Below, piece by piece: positions 13,050 to 27,070 of a stretch of 64,000 nucleotides of DNA. The stretch comes from Paraphysomonas bandaiensis. Lineage: Eukaryota > Protista > Chrysophyceae. Where the stretch lies: NCBI GenBank assembly GCA_965644295.1, contig CBFFRP010000119.1, positions 62,001-126,000 of the forward strand, in the 5' to 3' direction. The notes beneath the pieces are model-generated. The model ran no database searches. It saw nothing but the letters and a program-made list of their open reading frames with translations, and had not been told where the DNA came from. Positions within the stretch are counted from its first letter, which is position 1. Each line of letters begins with the position of its first letter. The position numbers and the translations under genes are program-made.

Positions 13050-14578
13050 ATGAATAAAATGCAGTCGTCTCAGTTGACCTTGATAACTATTATTTGTGGA
13101 AAACTTCTTTTAATAGCAGCAGAGGTATACGTCTGTAACTGTTTTTGATTATAACTAACTCTGTAACTCTATCGCTGCTGTAGGAAACTGGTAGCGAGGA
13201 TACAAAGTCGAATCGAACCTATAGGGGTGAAGCTAATGTTGGGGATGTTTTGTACATGATTGCTGTAAACTTCTTGCTTTACGTTACCCTTATTATTGTC
13301 TTCTACATGCTTGTTCGTTTCTACTTAGAGGAAGAGACGAGCGCTGAGACTTCATATGTTTCATACCTTCCTGTCCCTGTAACTGATGAAAATGATGTTG
13401 ATGTTCCTCCAACTAACATAGATGAGGAAGTAGAGAATGGTGAGGACATAGATGACACCACCACCGGTTCAATTCCAGATAAGCCAGAGGGTATCAAACG
13501 TGTAGGATCCTTTTTAAATGTGAATGAATGGGTTGAGCCGGAGGGAACCAAAATGGAAGTAATTCAGAGAGTGGTCTACTGCGCTGCTGGCCTCAACATA
13601 TCATTCTGTATATGGGGTTTACTACAAGAGCGTATGCTTACATATCCATACGGAGGAGACTATTTCATATATAGCTACGGACTAGTTTTCTTGACTCGGT
13701 TCGGAGGTTTGATTCTTTCAACTTCACTTCTCTACTACTATAAGGTGTCATGGGTGTCGACCCCGTTATACGAGTTCTCATTTCCCTCGGTTGCTAATAT
13801 GCTTAGCTCGTGGTGTCAGTATGAGGCTCTTAAGTATGTTACCTTTCCTACACAGATGCTTGCCAAGGCCTTGAAGCTGGTCCCGGTTATGCTCATGGGA
13901 AAGTTCATCAATAACAAGACCTACCAGACATACGAATATGTGTGTGCAAGTACAATCGGATTTGGCATATACCTCTTTCTTTCATCCTCAGAGAACATTG
14001 ACTTTGGCCAAGACGTATTTGGTAATCCTGAGGGGGTCAATGGGACATGGTGTGGCATCGTGCTGCTCATCCTCTTTCTTTTCTTTGACAGTTTCACCGC
14101 TCAGTGGCAAACTCGCATGTTCGAGCTGAAGAAAGAGATGTCTCCGCTGCAGATGATGCTTGTTATTAATGCATTTTCGTCGGCTTTCTCTTTTATTACA
14201 CTTGTCCATCAAGAAGAGCTGTATGAGGCGCTTAACTTCGTGTACACCCACCCTCCAATCATTGTGCATATGTTGCTATTCGCTATCTGCTCGACGGTGG
14301 GTCAGCTGTACATATTCTATACCGTCAAGAACTTCGGGGCGGTTGTATTCTCGATAATCATGTCCATGCGTATCCTTTTCTCCACGGTATTATCTTGTCT
14401 CGTGTATTCCCACCCTATAACCGAGCTGGGATTTGTCGGAATGGTGGTTGTGTTCGGTGCGATTACATACAGAATCATGAGAAAAACCGAAGGAAAGCCG
14501 TTGCTTCGCTGGAAGGCAGAAGGGGTGGAGCGAACAAAAAATATATTCCACGAGTGGCATGAGCACCTTGATATATAA
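13050..14578 (+). CDS. SLC35B2: UAA-family nucleotide-sugar/PAPS transporter (PAPST1-like), exons 13050-13124 and 13184-14578
   Basis: WGLLQERM, NMLSSWCQYEALKYVTFPTQMLAK, FDSFTAQWQ, GQLYIFYTVKNFGAVVFSIIM; many TM segments; an in-frame upstream exon supplies a signal-like peptide. Confidence 0.88.
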
Positions 14579-15099
14579 TCATGGATATATCGAAGCGTAT
14601 GATGCCCTTCGCCTTATTTCTACTTCATTGAGAATGGTGGTGCACATCAGCACTGTTTAGTATATTGCAGTGGTACACGCGTTGATACGTAATAAATAAA
14701 GGAGTGGTTGTTTATCATCTAGTGACTGTGTGTGTGTTTAGATACAAAAAGTTATAGTGTTGCGTTGTTTTATTCCCAAAATGCTAACATGCTAACTAGC
14801 TGCCCAGACCTATCGTCAGGTCTTCACATTAACCATATCGATGTTAAAAGCCAAATTATAGTGATATATTGATAGGTATGCATGAACCCATGGTACTACC
14901 TGTAACCCAGAGTTGCATCATACTTTATCACATATTCTAGTAGTCTCAACCAGAACTGCGATATCAATCAACTGTCGTATGCGTATCAAACTAAATAGTT
15001 ATTAAAATACATAACCCCAAAAATCTCTGTTTTGATGTATGACTTACGTTCTTATTTTTCAATGGGAATAAAGAGCAGACATTCGAATTCTCTCATTGT

Positions 15100-15502
15100 T
15101 TAATGCGATTGATTTTCTCGGAACTGAGCCACTGTTACACCATGAATCGACCAATTGTCTGCAGAGACATCCCGAAAATTCATGAAAATTCGATTCGGCA
15201 GTACCCCTCCAATAGACGACATCACCTGAGAGAGTTTGAGGCGATTGTAATTCTTAAAAGCGAGTTATTACATCTGAGAATGGAGTAATTAAACTCTCAA
15301 AATCACCGCCGACCGATTCAATCTGTATCATACAACAGGGCTCCGTACTTCCACCGAAGCATAATGAGCTCGTGTGCTCGACATGACACATCACCACTGC
15401 CTCTGGTTTATGCAGAGCAGCTGACAGAGCAGAAGACAGCGCGACCATGATATCATCTTTCGCCTTCACGTCCCCTGAATAAACACATCGTATGAATGGC
15501 AT
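15100..15502 (-). CDS. MIF: Macrophage migration inhibitory factor / tautomerase family protein, 2 exons
   Basis: N-terminal catalytic Pro (MPFI), LHKPEAVVM, FGGSTEPCC..IESVG; second exon NRIFMNFRDVSADNWSIHG; ~115 aa. Confidence 0.88.
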
Positions 15503-15924
15503 TTGGAGTAATGGTGTTTGGTTAATCTTCTGCGTACATTAATTATGTGTGGTGTGGGTTACTGTATGTTGAACCGCAATGTTCCAAAGAACAGAATCGT
15601 CAAAGAACAGCAGTGTATACATGTATGCATACATCCAGATTACCGACGGCTGGCATACTGGTACGAACGTATATGTAGATATTCAACACCGCAGGCATAT
15701 CCAGATGATATTTTGACATGATTCGCTATCAGATATGCTGTACATAGATATACAGTGTGTATTATGTATACCAGTATACACTTATGCGCCAGATGATGTG
15801 CAGTAGTACAAAGCAGCTGATGTACATGTATGCTAATGAGGATACGTAGTATACCGTATACTGGTGTAGCCATGCATCGGCTCCATGATGCATGGCTGCC
15901 CTCTGAGATCTCCATAATAACAAC

Positions 15925-16827
15925 ATGAATAACTGCCAATCCGCTCCTGGACAGTTTCTTGGGCAAACTCACTATGTTCTATCTTGCGATATACACAGCG
16001 GCAGGCCTGTAGTCATCTGTATTCATGGAATCGGATCATTCTATCGTCACTTTGATGCGTTGGCTGATCATGTAACGGCTGCTGGTTACTGTGTGCTGCG
16101 ATATGATCTTATTGGTCGTGGATACTCCACTTATCCAAGGGATGACAATGAAAGTGTTATGGAGTCAAAGTTTGGAGCAGAGAGTCATGTTAAGCAACTT
16201 CGAGATCTCGTTTCAGGCCTGAATATATGTAGTGGAAAGTACCATATTATTGCTCATAGTATGGGGGGTGCCATAGCTGCATTGTATGCATCTAGATACG
16301 CCGATGAAATTTTGTCACTTTCGCTTTTATCTCCGGCTGGACTTATGGAACTACCTGTTGTGAAGCTTCTCAGGATGTGCACTTGTCTCCATGGATGTGT
16401 GAAGCCTATCTTGCGGAGTGGACAGGAAAATGCTTGGCGAGAAGACTTCCATACTCATAAAGGCGAAGCTCTTGAAGCTGAGAATGATATGGTTTCTAAG
16501 CTTAGGTTTATCAATAATTTATATCCCACGATTTTTGATGCCTTCTGGGAGTCTGTTTTACAGTTTCCTCTGTACGGACTGGATGTTGATACTTTGGCTC
16601 CACAGATAACTGTTCCTGTGTTTATTGGGTGGGGGGAGTATGATCGAGCAGTCCCTTGGAATCCTTCACTTAGACGATGGGAGCACGCCTTTAAAACTGC
16701 GAATCACCCATCCCTCACTATAAAAATGTATGATAACTCCGGGCATGCCTTTTTTATAGAGAATGCAAATCTATTTCATACTGACATATTGACATTTATA
16801 AGCAACTCCAGCACAGGAAAATGTTGA
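15925..16827 (+). CDS. Alpha/beta-fold hydrolase
   Basis: CIHGIG, YDLIGRGYS, nucleophile elbow AHSMGG, WGEYD, SGH; 300 aa, single exon. Confidence 0.92.
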   Translation: MNNCQSAPGQFLGQTHYVLSCDIHSGRPVVICIHGIGSFYRHFDALADHVTAAGYCVLRYDLIGRGYSTYPRDDNESVMESKFGAESHVKQLRDLVSGLNICSGKYHIIAHSMGGAIAALYASRYADEILSLSLLSPAGLMELPVVKLLRMCTCLHGCVKPILRSGQENAWREDFHTHKGEALEAENDMVSKLRFINNLYPTIFDAFWESVLQFPLYGLDVDTLAPQITVPVFIGWGEYDRAVPWNPSLRRWEHAFKTANHPSLTIKMYDNSGHAFFIENANLFHTDILTFISNSSTGKC

Positions 16828-16884
16828 TATAAGTAATAATGATTTTATTGATTATCCTTTCCCTTCAGTTATATTGATATGAAG

Positions 16885-16996
16885 CAGGACCTGGTAACCA
16901 TTTACCATTAATGGGTGCCCAGTTCCCGGCAAGTATAATGTCATCAATGAAATATGTCCGGTAATTATAATGGCCATTAATGGTTACCAGGTTCTG
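16885..16996. mobile_element. Short MITE (possibly hAT-type)
   Basis: 18-bp TIR CAG(G/A)ACCTGGTAACCATT; imperfect 8-bp flanks ATATGAAG / ATATATAG; related inverted, degenerate copy at ~63815-63935. Confidence 0.6.
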
Positions 16997-17113
16997 ATAT
17001 ATAGTGTAAGTGATATAAAAACAAGGGTACAAGATACTCAGGTAAAAATCTATATGACTCTAAAGATGCACACTGATTTGGAAGTTCATATGACGAACAC
17101 TTAGACCACATCA

Positions 17114-20100
17114 TGTTGAGAAACGCTCATTTTACACTAGATCACAGAGAGAATTTGTCGTAAGACTAGATAGATTTATTAATATCGTTTACACGAAGTT
17201 GTGATAACCAACACTAACTCATTATAATCCCTGCATAATATCCTACATATGCGAACCTCTCGTTACTGAACATATCTTGAACGATCAAACTATTTCAGTT
17301 TCTCAATATCATCACAGCATTTGTACATCACTATATTTCACTGTATTCTCGTACATTGTCTTGAAGTGACATACTGAATATACTAGAATAAGATCCATAT
17401 TCTAATACTCCCACTCAATGTAGAATGCAGTGAGATAAAACAACAGTGATCACAATAATCTGATAATGCTATGACTATCTAGTCCCATAGGTAAAAACAG
17501 ATGTGAAATCTTTTAAAGATACATATATATCTAGCAGTCAACTAGATATACAGTTATGTGGGATTTTCACCCACTAAAACACACCTTTAACCTCTTCGGG
17601 GTCGTTTCTTCTGCTGCTCCTCCACACTGTTAGACACACTCCTCTTAACCCCGGTAATCGTTTTCTCATGACGGCTGAAGATCTTCGTGGACAACGCCTT
17701 TGTAAAAATATCGGCCGCCATATCATCCGTAGATACATGAATCAATTTTGCTGTAGGAAATTTGCCATTAACATGTTCTCTTATCCAGTGATACTTGATG
17801 TCAATATGCTTCGACCTCTTATGATACACTGGATTCTCTGAAAGATCCTTTGCACTCTTACTATCCATAAAGAATGGAGTCGGCTTCGCTACCAAGAGTC
17901 CGAGCTCCTTGAACACCCCCGAAGCCACACCAGTTCTTGCAAAGCCGCATACTCCGCCATATACTCAGATTCCATGCTCGAAGTCGCAACTGTGGTCTGA
18001 AGCTTGGACTGCCAGGCCAAAGCGCCCGCACATAAAAGCACGATGTATCCCGTTGTGGACCGCCTAGTCATCCTATCACCAGCCCAGTCTGAATCACTGA
18101 ATACATGTAAATCAAACTCACTCCCACTGAATCTGATTCCCTTATCAACTGTACCACGTAAATATTTCAACAAATGAATAGCTAATCTGCAAGTCGCATA
18201 TGTTGGAGAAGTACTAAATCGAGCCAATAACCCCACAGCGTAAGCCAGATCAGGTCTAGTGTGAATCGCCAAATGCAACACCGCTCCAATAATTCCTCTA
18301 TACGGAAATGAATCGACCCACTGCTTCTGCTCCTCCGTCAGCTCACGTTGCTCTGCCAACAAATCCTGAACATTGGTAGGTAGTGGAGTCTCCTTATTCT
18401 TACTGCTCTTCCCCATAAACGAATCGAATTTCTTTACAATATTCTTGGCATATTCCGATTGATCTAACATGTACCAGTCCTCTCCTCTCGTGATTCTGAT
18501 ATTCAGAAACCGTTTGCACACACCCAGATCGTGCATTTCAAACGTTTCGCAGAACCTACGTTTAACACTTTCTAAGTAGGTGAGATCAGCAGATGCAATG
18601 ATAATATCATCAACATATATCAGCAATAAGTGCAATTGACCATTACTCCATCGCATATACAAGCATGTATCTAAAATGCAAGCAGTAAAATGTAACGATT
18701 TGATAAACTTGTCAATATGCTTGTTCCACTGCCTCGGTGATGACCGCAAACCATATAAGGCCTTGATCAATTGAAAACACCACCCCGCTGGCAACTCTTC
18801 ATCAGGTGGAGGTGCCATATACACATCCTCTTCAAGATCGGCATAACAAAACGCTGATGATACATCCAACTGATGTACATGCATATGGAACATAAACGCA
18901 ATCGCGAGGACCAGTCGAATGGTTATTCCTTTGACCACTGGAGCAAACGTGGACTGCTCCTCCTCCGTTTTTTCTTGTAGATTCCCTAATGCAACCAGCC
19001 GCGCCTTATACTTGACTACGTTCCCCAGAAGGTCTCTCTTCACCGTGTGAACATACTTTGCTCGCACCAACTTCACTCCTCGTGGAGTCCGCACAATCTT
19101 TAAGACACGTCTCTTCAGTAGTGAGGTCTTCTCCACCTTCCGAGCTTCTCTCCACTTCATGTACTGTGGAGATCTCTCTGCTTCAGCATAGGAGTCTGGT
19201 GTCTTAAAATCATCGTGTTGAAACTCTGCATGTTTAAAGTTAACAGTGCATGCATCTGGCACCTCAACCATATTTATTTCTCCTAACACCGATGCGTTCG
19301 CCAACCTACGCTGTAGCCGTTTCCGCCGTACACGACCATCACCATCTAGTTCAATAGGTCGTCTAGTAGTTATATACGAACCCATACCTTGCTCATCCTG
19401 AGCCCGCAAATCTTGCGGTGTGGGAGGAGCCCCGCTCGCATCCCCAGACCCATGGTCTGTCGAGGTCTGCAACCTCACGACTGTCTGTTGACAGGTTGGG
19501 TCAGGACTCTCCTGGAGCCCTCCAGGTCTTCCCTGGTCCAGCTCCCTGGCTGGCGTAGTACTCAGGGCGTCCCCCTTTCCTATGTACCCGGTATTCCCGG
19601 GGGTTTCTGCAGTCATACGCACCACGTCTTCGACGTGTATAGGCACCCGGTGCTCTATATGCTCGCGACCTGCAGTAACAAGTGAACGGTATGCTACAAT
19701 CACACCCTTACGTTCTACAACTCTTGTTGTCTTATACAGAAGTCCGTCCTCATCATCAATATGATACGTTCCTTCTAAGCTGGCATAGTCGGATGCAAGC
19801 TTGGGTCTAGCGGCCTCCCGCACTCGAAGAGCATCAATCTCTGCAAAATACTTCTCTGATCGTGATGGCGTTGACTCATCAGTCAATATATGGACTGTAG
19901 TCACCACCTTGTTTGATTCAGGAAGATATACATGGTATCCTACCTTCTCATCAGAGTAACCCATTAAATATCCAACTAGAGCCTTATCCTCCCAATCCTT
20001 TCGTCGATCCGCCTTCGGTGAAAGAACATAAGTTCGACACCCCCATACCCTAAGATATCTCAAATTTGGAGGCTCGCCCGTTAGAAACTCTATAGGAGAC

Positions 20101-22620
20101 ATATACCCTTTATCTGTTTTCGTTGGCAATCGAATCAAAATATATCTGGCTGCCATGTATGCATCCAGCCAAAATTGCGGTGGCAGTCCAGATTGGATTA
20201 GCATTGCAAGAGTCATCTCTCCAGCAGTTCTGAACTTCCTCTCCTCTATGGCATTCATTTCTGGAGAGTCTGTTGAGCTCCACGTATGTTGATAGCACTC
20301 CTGTGTCCTAAGATACTGACGCAGCTCTTCACTGATTAACTCACCTGCACCATCTGCATGATAGTGCTCCATCTTGAGCTTGTACCTTTTAACATCTCCT
20401 CTAAATAGCTCTTTGAAGACTTCTAAGACCGCTTCCCCAGTTCTGTGGACTAAACCCGTCGCCCAGAACATTTTGCTGGCATGATGCGTTATCTTTAACA
20501 CATACCTCTCACCTCCTCTAGCAGGACAATTTAAGTACACTGCGATATCTGCTGAAAAATTCGGTCTAACGGAATTCTCGTCCTTCGTTCGGAAGCTGAC
20601 TCGGGTTATCTTAGACCTGGCACACACATCACACAAACACTGATTTTTGTGTACCTTGGCTGTGAGGTGTTTTCGTTTCAACCCTGTACCCATGATGAGC
20701 ATCCTCTTATGTGCCTCCACTAAAGCATGTTTGTTGAAGTGACCCGCTCTCCGATGCAGCAACTCCAGCTCGTCCTCACCAGTCCTATCGCTAAGATTTA
20801 CTTCACAATTACTCGGTGTAGACACATCTGGAAGCTCCAACAGCTGCTGAGTTGGAACTGCTGTCATGCCATTCTTCATGGGTCCCTCCAGTACTAGCTC
20901 ACCAGTATTACAATCATATATTTGGATGCCATACCAAACCGTGAATCTATATCCCATTTCGTTCAGCTTACGTCCGGAGCACAGGCATCGATTGATCTGA
21001 TCTGAAATTTCAATGTCTCTCCATGCTCCACGGGAACCCACACTTGTGATATGAATCTCTGATCCCTTCTTAGAGCCGTATATCACCTTTGATGTATTCA
21101 TATGAGTGTCAAGCATGGTCACATCATTCATCAAGAACATTGATGATGAACAGCAGGTGTCAATATATGTATAATGCATGTCATCATTTACACTACATAT
21201 ATTCGTTTCATGTATATTGCATGACAATTTCATAACATCCTCGATCATATTAGCTTCATCTTCATCAGAGAAATCTGCTGGTTCTCCACGCCGTATATTC
21301 TCTACTGTCAGCAACCGTTTGTCCGGCTTCCTACCATGATTCTTCCCTTTCTCTCCTCTTCTAGAATGCTTTTTCTTCGTCGTTGGACAATCAGCAGCAA
21401 GATGTTCCAGAGACTTGCAATTTCTGCATCCCGTGTACTCCGCACTTCCAGGACGCTGCCCTGATATCTCTCCATCCTTCTTCCTCTGCTTCCTCCTGCA
21501 CTGTTCAGTTGAATGGCTATGAGGAATTCCTTCTTTCCTGCAATATCTACAGTTGCCCTTCTTACGCTTATCCCGTTCCGTTCGAGACCGTTTGCTCTTT
21601 TCAATGAAATTCAGCTCCTCCACCTTCTTGCGTTTCCGCTCTAACGCAATCCTTCCAGGAATGGTATCATCATACCGTTCTATCTTCCTTGATAATGTTG
21701 CATAATCAACATCATCAGGCATCAAATACAAAGCAACATTCAGAGGAGCATATTCTTCATTCAACAGACCTTCTCGTAACCGTGTTATTTTTGAGAGCTC
21801 CGATATGTCCTGCTGCTGCTCCTGTAGCTCTTTCAGCAGTATTTCAAACCGTATTATATAGTCCTTCGCAGTCTCCTCCGGACGCATACGGAAAGATCCA
21901 TACTGAGTCAACAGCTCACTGATCTTGTTTTGCTTCCCTCCAGCAAAGCACTTCTTCAACTCATCAATCATAATATGCGCCTTAAACCTGTTGCTTCCTT
22001 TTCCATCAGCCTTGAACCCTTTATGTAGAAGATGGAATTTCTGAAGCGCCTTCGAAGATGTTTGCACTGCCTCTCTGCAGTACGAATACGCTATGGCATT
22101 CGCCTTCCAGTACTTCTTCACAGCCTGTCTGTAAGACTTCTCCTCCATTAACGTGAGTGGCTGTTCCCCAAAGTCGCTTTCCTTCGGTGGTGGCTCCACC
22201 GCTACTTCACTTTGCTCTTTCCTCATGAGGAATGTTTCGAAGTCCTCAATCCATTGTTCAACATTGCTCTCATTAAACTGTGGCACTACTCCTCTATCCT
22301 CCTTCTCTCCTCCTCGCTCGCTACCATGTTGAGAAACGCTCATTTTACACTAGATCACAGAGAGAATTTGTCGTAAGACTAGATAGATTTATTAATATCG
22401 TTTACACGAAGTTGTGATAACCAACACTAACTCATTATAATCCCTGCATAATATCCTACATATGCGAACCTCTCGTTACTGAACATATCTTGAACGATCA
22501 AACTATTTCAGTTTCTCAATATCATCACAGCATTTGTACATCACTATATTTCACTGTATTCTCGTACATTGTCTTGAAGTGACATACTGAATATACTAGA
22601 ATAAGATCCATATTCTAATA
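17114..22620 (-). mobile_element. Copia-2: full-length Ty1/copia LTR retrotransposon
   Basis: 294-bp LTRs at 17114-17407 and 22327-22620, identical by eye; TSD CATCA; PBS TGGTAGCGAG (22326-22317); PPT ATTGAGTGGGAG. Confidence 0.96.
17587..22343 (-). CDS. Copia-2 gag-pol polyprotein with a 1-nt frameshift in RNase H (~17916-17920)
   Basis: 1484-aa ORF with CRNCKSLEHLAADC, HYHADGAGE, YVDD, FSDSDWAG; the RNase H tail (KRSKHIDIKYHWIRE, ADIFTKAL) is in a second frame, 17928-17587. Confidence 0.92.
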
Positions 22621-22919
22621 CATCAGACATCATATTGTTCCTTAGCCTTGAATCACAGAAGCAATCGTATTCCAGGCCAAAAATAGAATGAAAACGGACC
22701 CATGGAACGTGGAAGAGACACCATTTTTCTTTCAGTTTAATTAGGGAGATATTTGCCAGTCAGTATCATTGCTTGTAGTCGAATATTATTCGATACTCCC
22801 CGCCAAATATTGCTCTAATCCATCATGATTTAAATCATATTATTACCAATGCTTAATGTAGGTGACAATCGTAGCTATAACTATGAACGCATCACTACAT
22901 CTACAAATTTAGCCACTTC

Positions 22920-25900
22920 TAGTTTACATCGGCACTTTCATCATCAGATTGAGGAACAGCATCCTCGGTGGTTTCCACAGGGCTCTGCTCGGCGTTGTTT
23001 TCTAATTCCGCTTCCGCCAGTACCTCATCTCGGCTGATATTATACTTCAGGAAAACCTAAAGTACCATTATAAACTCCTACTATAAAGCACAATACGTAC
23101 ACTTTGAAGCTCCTTCTTTATATCATCCACTTGCTCGCTAAGGTCTGCAGCGTCGTCATATTCTTCGGCGTCGACAGCAGCCTGGCACCATGAGTGATTT
23201 AGAACAGTTAAATACACAAACACAGTACGAATAGACCTCTAACTCAGCTTCTTTTTGATCTAGAGTAGCAATTAAATCCTTGGCTCGATGAATATCTTGA
23301 GCTCGGTTATCTTCAACGGACTGGACGTCGGCAATATCCTCTGTAACAGGTTGCGCGTCATCTTCATTTCTAGCAGAGGAGCTATCCCCATCACCCGACT
23401 CTGTCAGGTCCGCAGCATCATTCCTGTCCACCACTTCCTCACAGACCTATATCAGGAAACAGTCAAACAGAGTTAGACTCATCAACAACCTAACAACCTC
23501 TACAGATTCTTCAGCAACTAGGTCATCCTCCGTTGATTCTAGTGGCGCATGATCACCCTCATCTATCTCTGCAGTGTTGTGGGTTTCATCATACTCACTT
23601 TCACCTTCAAAGTCCAGAGAATCTGGAAGGTCGTGCTTGGCTTTAATCTCACTTGCTGCAGCCAGCACAGCCTGTATACTCAATTACGACGAAGACACAT
23701 GCTTTGCGCAGAGTTATTACCTGAAGCTCTGCATCTAGTAGCGAGTGTGCAAGGCGGGTGAGAGTACCCGTAGTCGAGTCCCCATCATCTGTTGTCGCAG
23801 CGGCCTTCTCAGCCTTACGACAAGATTTCAGAAGCTCTTTGGCATGAAGCAAAAGCCCATTGAAACGGACAATGTCAGCTCCTTTTTCCGCCTCTCTGAG
23901 CTGACTACGAGAGTCGTCTAGTTCGGACTTAGCGAGCTCAACATTGGCCTCGGCAGCAGCGAGCTCACCAGCACTGCTCTGAAGGAACTCAGCAATTTCA
24001 TCTTTCCTAGACATCATGGATTTAAGGGTCTTGGCAACTGCAGCCGCTTCCTTGAACCTCTTGTTAGTAGCGTGAGCCTTCTTCTCAGACTCGAGAATAG
24101 GAATTTTCTCTGTAATGTCGCTATCTTCATCCGTCAGTTGCCCAATTTTGTCATGAACTCCTCTTAAGGCAGTAATCGAATTGTTTAGCGCTGCATCTGC
24201 TTTAACGACACTCTGTTTTAGCGTTACCAGAGCTGCTTCAGCCTCAGGGTCTTTGGTTGCGGCAACAGGCTTCCTGACAAAATCAAGAGTGGATCTCAAT
24301 TCTGACGCCACATCTATCTCAGATTGAACACTTTCTAACCACCTATCGATGTCTGCTTCTGTCTTGGCGAATTTATCACGGTCTGCCTCATAAGAGAGAC
24401 GCATCTGTTGGATAGCATCTTCTTCCCTTTTACACGCCTGGCTATCGCTGTTGAGGTCCACCACACGCTCGTGAATCCTCTGCAGACGCCTATCATACTT
24501 CTTCCGCACCTCGCCTATTTTAGTTTCCACCACTGCCAAATCTGACTTCAGATCCTTTTCTTGCTGCCGCTTCTCAGCTAGGGCTTTCTCAAGACTTCGT
24601 ATCTCCGCCGTGACACCCATCAGCCTTAGCTCCATCTCCTCCTTGCTCGCTTGTACCTCCTCCGTTTGAGACATTATCACAGCTTCTATCTCTCTCTTCT
24701 CTTCATCCAGAGCAGCCTCCTCCCTGGCAACCCCGCTGCGCTCCATATTAACACGCTCCTCCTCCGCTTTAACGCGAGCTTCCTCTGCGCTGAGTCGCTT
24801 TCTGTGTGATCGAGAGTATTTCTCGACCTCTTCCTGTTGTTGCCGTCTAAGGTTAGAGAGTCCCTTTATGGTAGCCTCTAGGAGAGTTGCCTGTTCGCGA
24901 CGCGACTTATCAAGACCCTCATCCGCTGCTGTAATCTGCGCACTCAAAGAAACGACTCGTTCGGCAGACTTTTTGATATCGTCTCTCAGTAACTCCAGCT
25001 AAATACACGCCGCTATCAGTACACAATATCCAATGACAATGTACGTACCTTGACTGACAACGCGTCTGCAGACTCAAAATCTTCCGCCTCGGCTAGCCTA
25101 CCTTGCTCTTCCTCGACCTCGTCTGCACGCTGCCGTAGTAACCTTCCAGCTACCTCCTCTTTCTCTAGTTCCAATCGCAGCCGCTGACCTTCATCCATCA
25201 GTCGAGCCTGCTCCATAGATTGCTCTCTGGCAGTGTTCTCGAATGAAGTCATCACATCAACAGCGAGATCCTTGATGCGCAAACACACAGCTGCATCATC
25301 CTCAGGTGGTGCCTTCTTCTTCGCCACCGGAGTAGGTGATGGCGGCGAAGGGGTGGCTGAAGATACTGTAGCAGAGGCTGCAGCTGGAGATATTTTTTCA
25401 GTTATTGCGTTTGTCGTGGAAGACGGGGGAGTACTTGTTGTGGAAGGGAGGGAAGGTTGGGTTTTAGGAGACCGGGGAGGTTGGGTTGTAGGGGACCGAG
25501 TAGATTGGGTAGTAGGGGTTGGTGGAGTAGAAGGGGTTGGTGCAGATGAGGTAGACATGCCCATAAACATGTCGACGTTGTAACTTTGAGTCACTCCAGC
25601 AGCCCCCTCGTCTCTATTGGTTGAAGGTGGGCCGCTAGCGGGAGACGGGGAAGGAGGGGTCGGTGTACGGATAGCAGGCTTCTGAAGCGTGGGACGAGCA
25701 ACAGAGTTGGTAGCTGCAGGACTCTCAACAACAGGTGTCTCGGCGGAAGGGCTAGCTCCGTCAGCTGATTTGTGGAATCTCCCTGCAAGACAGAAATGTC
25801 ACCTACGCATACTCTTGAAATCTGTTCGACACCTACTTACCCATGATAGTGCTCATGAAGCCGCCTCCACTCTTGCGTTTGCTTTTATTCTCCCTACAAA

Positions 25901-26796
25901 CGGAAGAAGAGTAGGTAATAAAAGCCGGTACTATGATTCTTCACACTTACCTGGTGCCTTGCCTCTGTGCGGACCTCCCAGGTGGGGCGCTGGTAACAGG
26001 AGGGACGGAATCTCCATCTGTACTTCGATCTGAAACAATACTATCCGTAGAAGCTTCGCGATTTAACGGACGGGATACAGGTACAGGATCCGATACAGAT
26101 GTAGGAGGTGCCACGTCCTCTGTCGACTCTACTGCTACAACATTATCTGGCTCCGGTTCGGAAACAGCAGGTACAGGTTCAGGAAGGTCAACAACTATGC
26201 CTGATCCAATCATTCGGGAAGCATTCATAGACTCCTCACGCTTTTCCATGTAAGTCTTTTCCCGAGGAGGCTCCGGCGGGGTATTGACGGCGTTACTATC
26301 TTCCTGTACCTCCCTATCTTCTTCTCTCGCGTAGCCTACTTTGGGAGCACGTTTCTTTTTCTTGACCTACACAAAATTAAGTCCCTTTTAACAAGTAAAA
26401 TAGTCTTACAGGTTTTGTGGTTGACACTTTCGCCAGTTTTATCTCCTGTGTTGCAGGTTTATCCTGTACACTGCTACTAGTGTTGGTGTTTGACAGTATT
26501 TCTGGTGTGGTCGCAGAGGAGTTCACCTATACGCAATATCGTAACAATCAGTGAGTACAGTATTGCAAGTTATATACATTAACATCCAGCCCATTCGCAG
26601 TCGCACTAGAGGATTCAATGGGTGTAGCACTTGACATAAAGCCAAACCCAGAGGGTGTTGACTCCTCTGCGGGGTCAGCGCTGTTCATAAACGAAAATCC
26701 GAACTCGGCTGGCTCCTGCACTCTCTCCTCTGCACCCGCCGAAGAAAGGAAACTGAACCCTGAGCTACTCTCTTGCTCCAGATGATCTAAAGGCAT
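22920..26796 (-). CDS. Multi-exon coiled-coil protein with low-complexity N-terminus and UVR-like motifs; 3' end approximate
   Basis: Consecutive minus-strand exons: S/G/F-rich start, KKKKRAPKVGYAR, P/T-rich region, AEAEDFESADALS, long heptad exon with IPILESEKKAHATNKRFKEAAAVA, acidic tail. From memory it resembles a plant UVR-domain coiled-coil family (At5g25070-like); unverified. Confidence 0.7.
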
Positions 26797-27002
26797 AATA
26801 TTAATATATATATACAGACATGAACAGGGACTGTACCTGTACCTTGAGACTCATCCGCATCCAAACAAACATCTGCCGGGACGGACATAGTTACTTACGC
26901 ACCCGAGACTGAGTAATATCCAGCAGAAATGCACGCTAGCAGGGAAGATGCAATAGTGAGTGTATGATTGTTGGAGTCTACTATACATAGAGCGGTACGT
27001 AC

Positions 27003-27070
27003 TGTACATGTATGTACTGTAGACTCTGTAGATGTATGTACTGTAGATGTGTGTACTGTAGATGTATGTA
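27003..27070. repeat. Short ~15-bp tandem repeat (TGTACTGTAGATGTA variants)
   Basis: Four imperfect consecutive units are visible. Confidence 0.7.

Noticed and set aside
13189-13198. PBS-like TGGTAGCGAG in the SLC35B gene
   Set aside because: It lies in a coding exon with no LTR nearby; treated as a chance match.
17910-17925. Programmed frameshift in Copia-2 RNase H
   Set aside because: It is a 1-nt loss in a G run inside a conserved domain; a homopolymer error or simple mutation is more likely.
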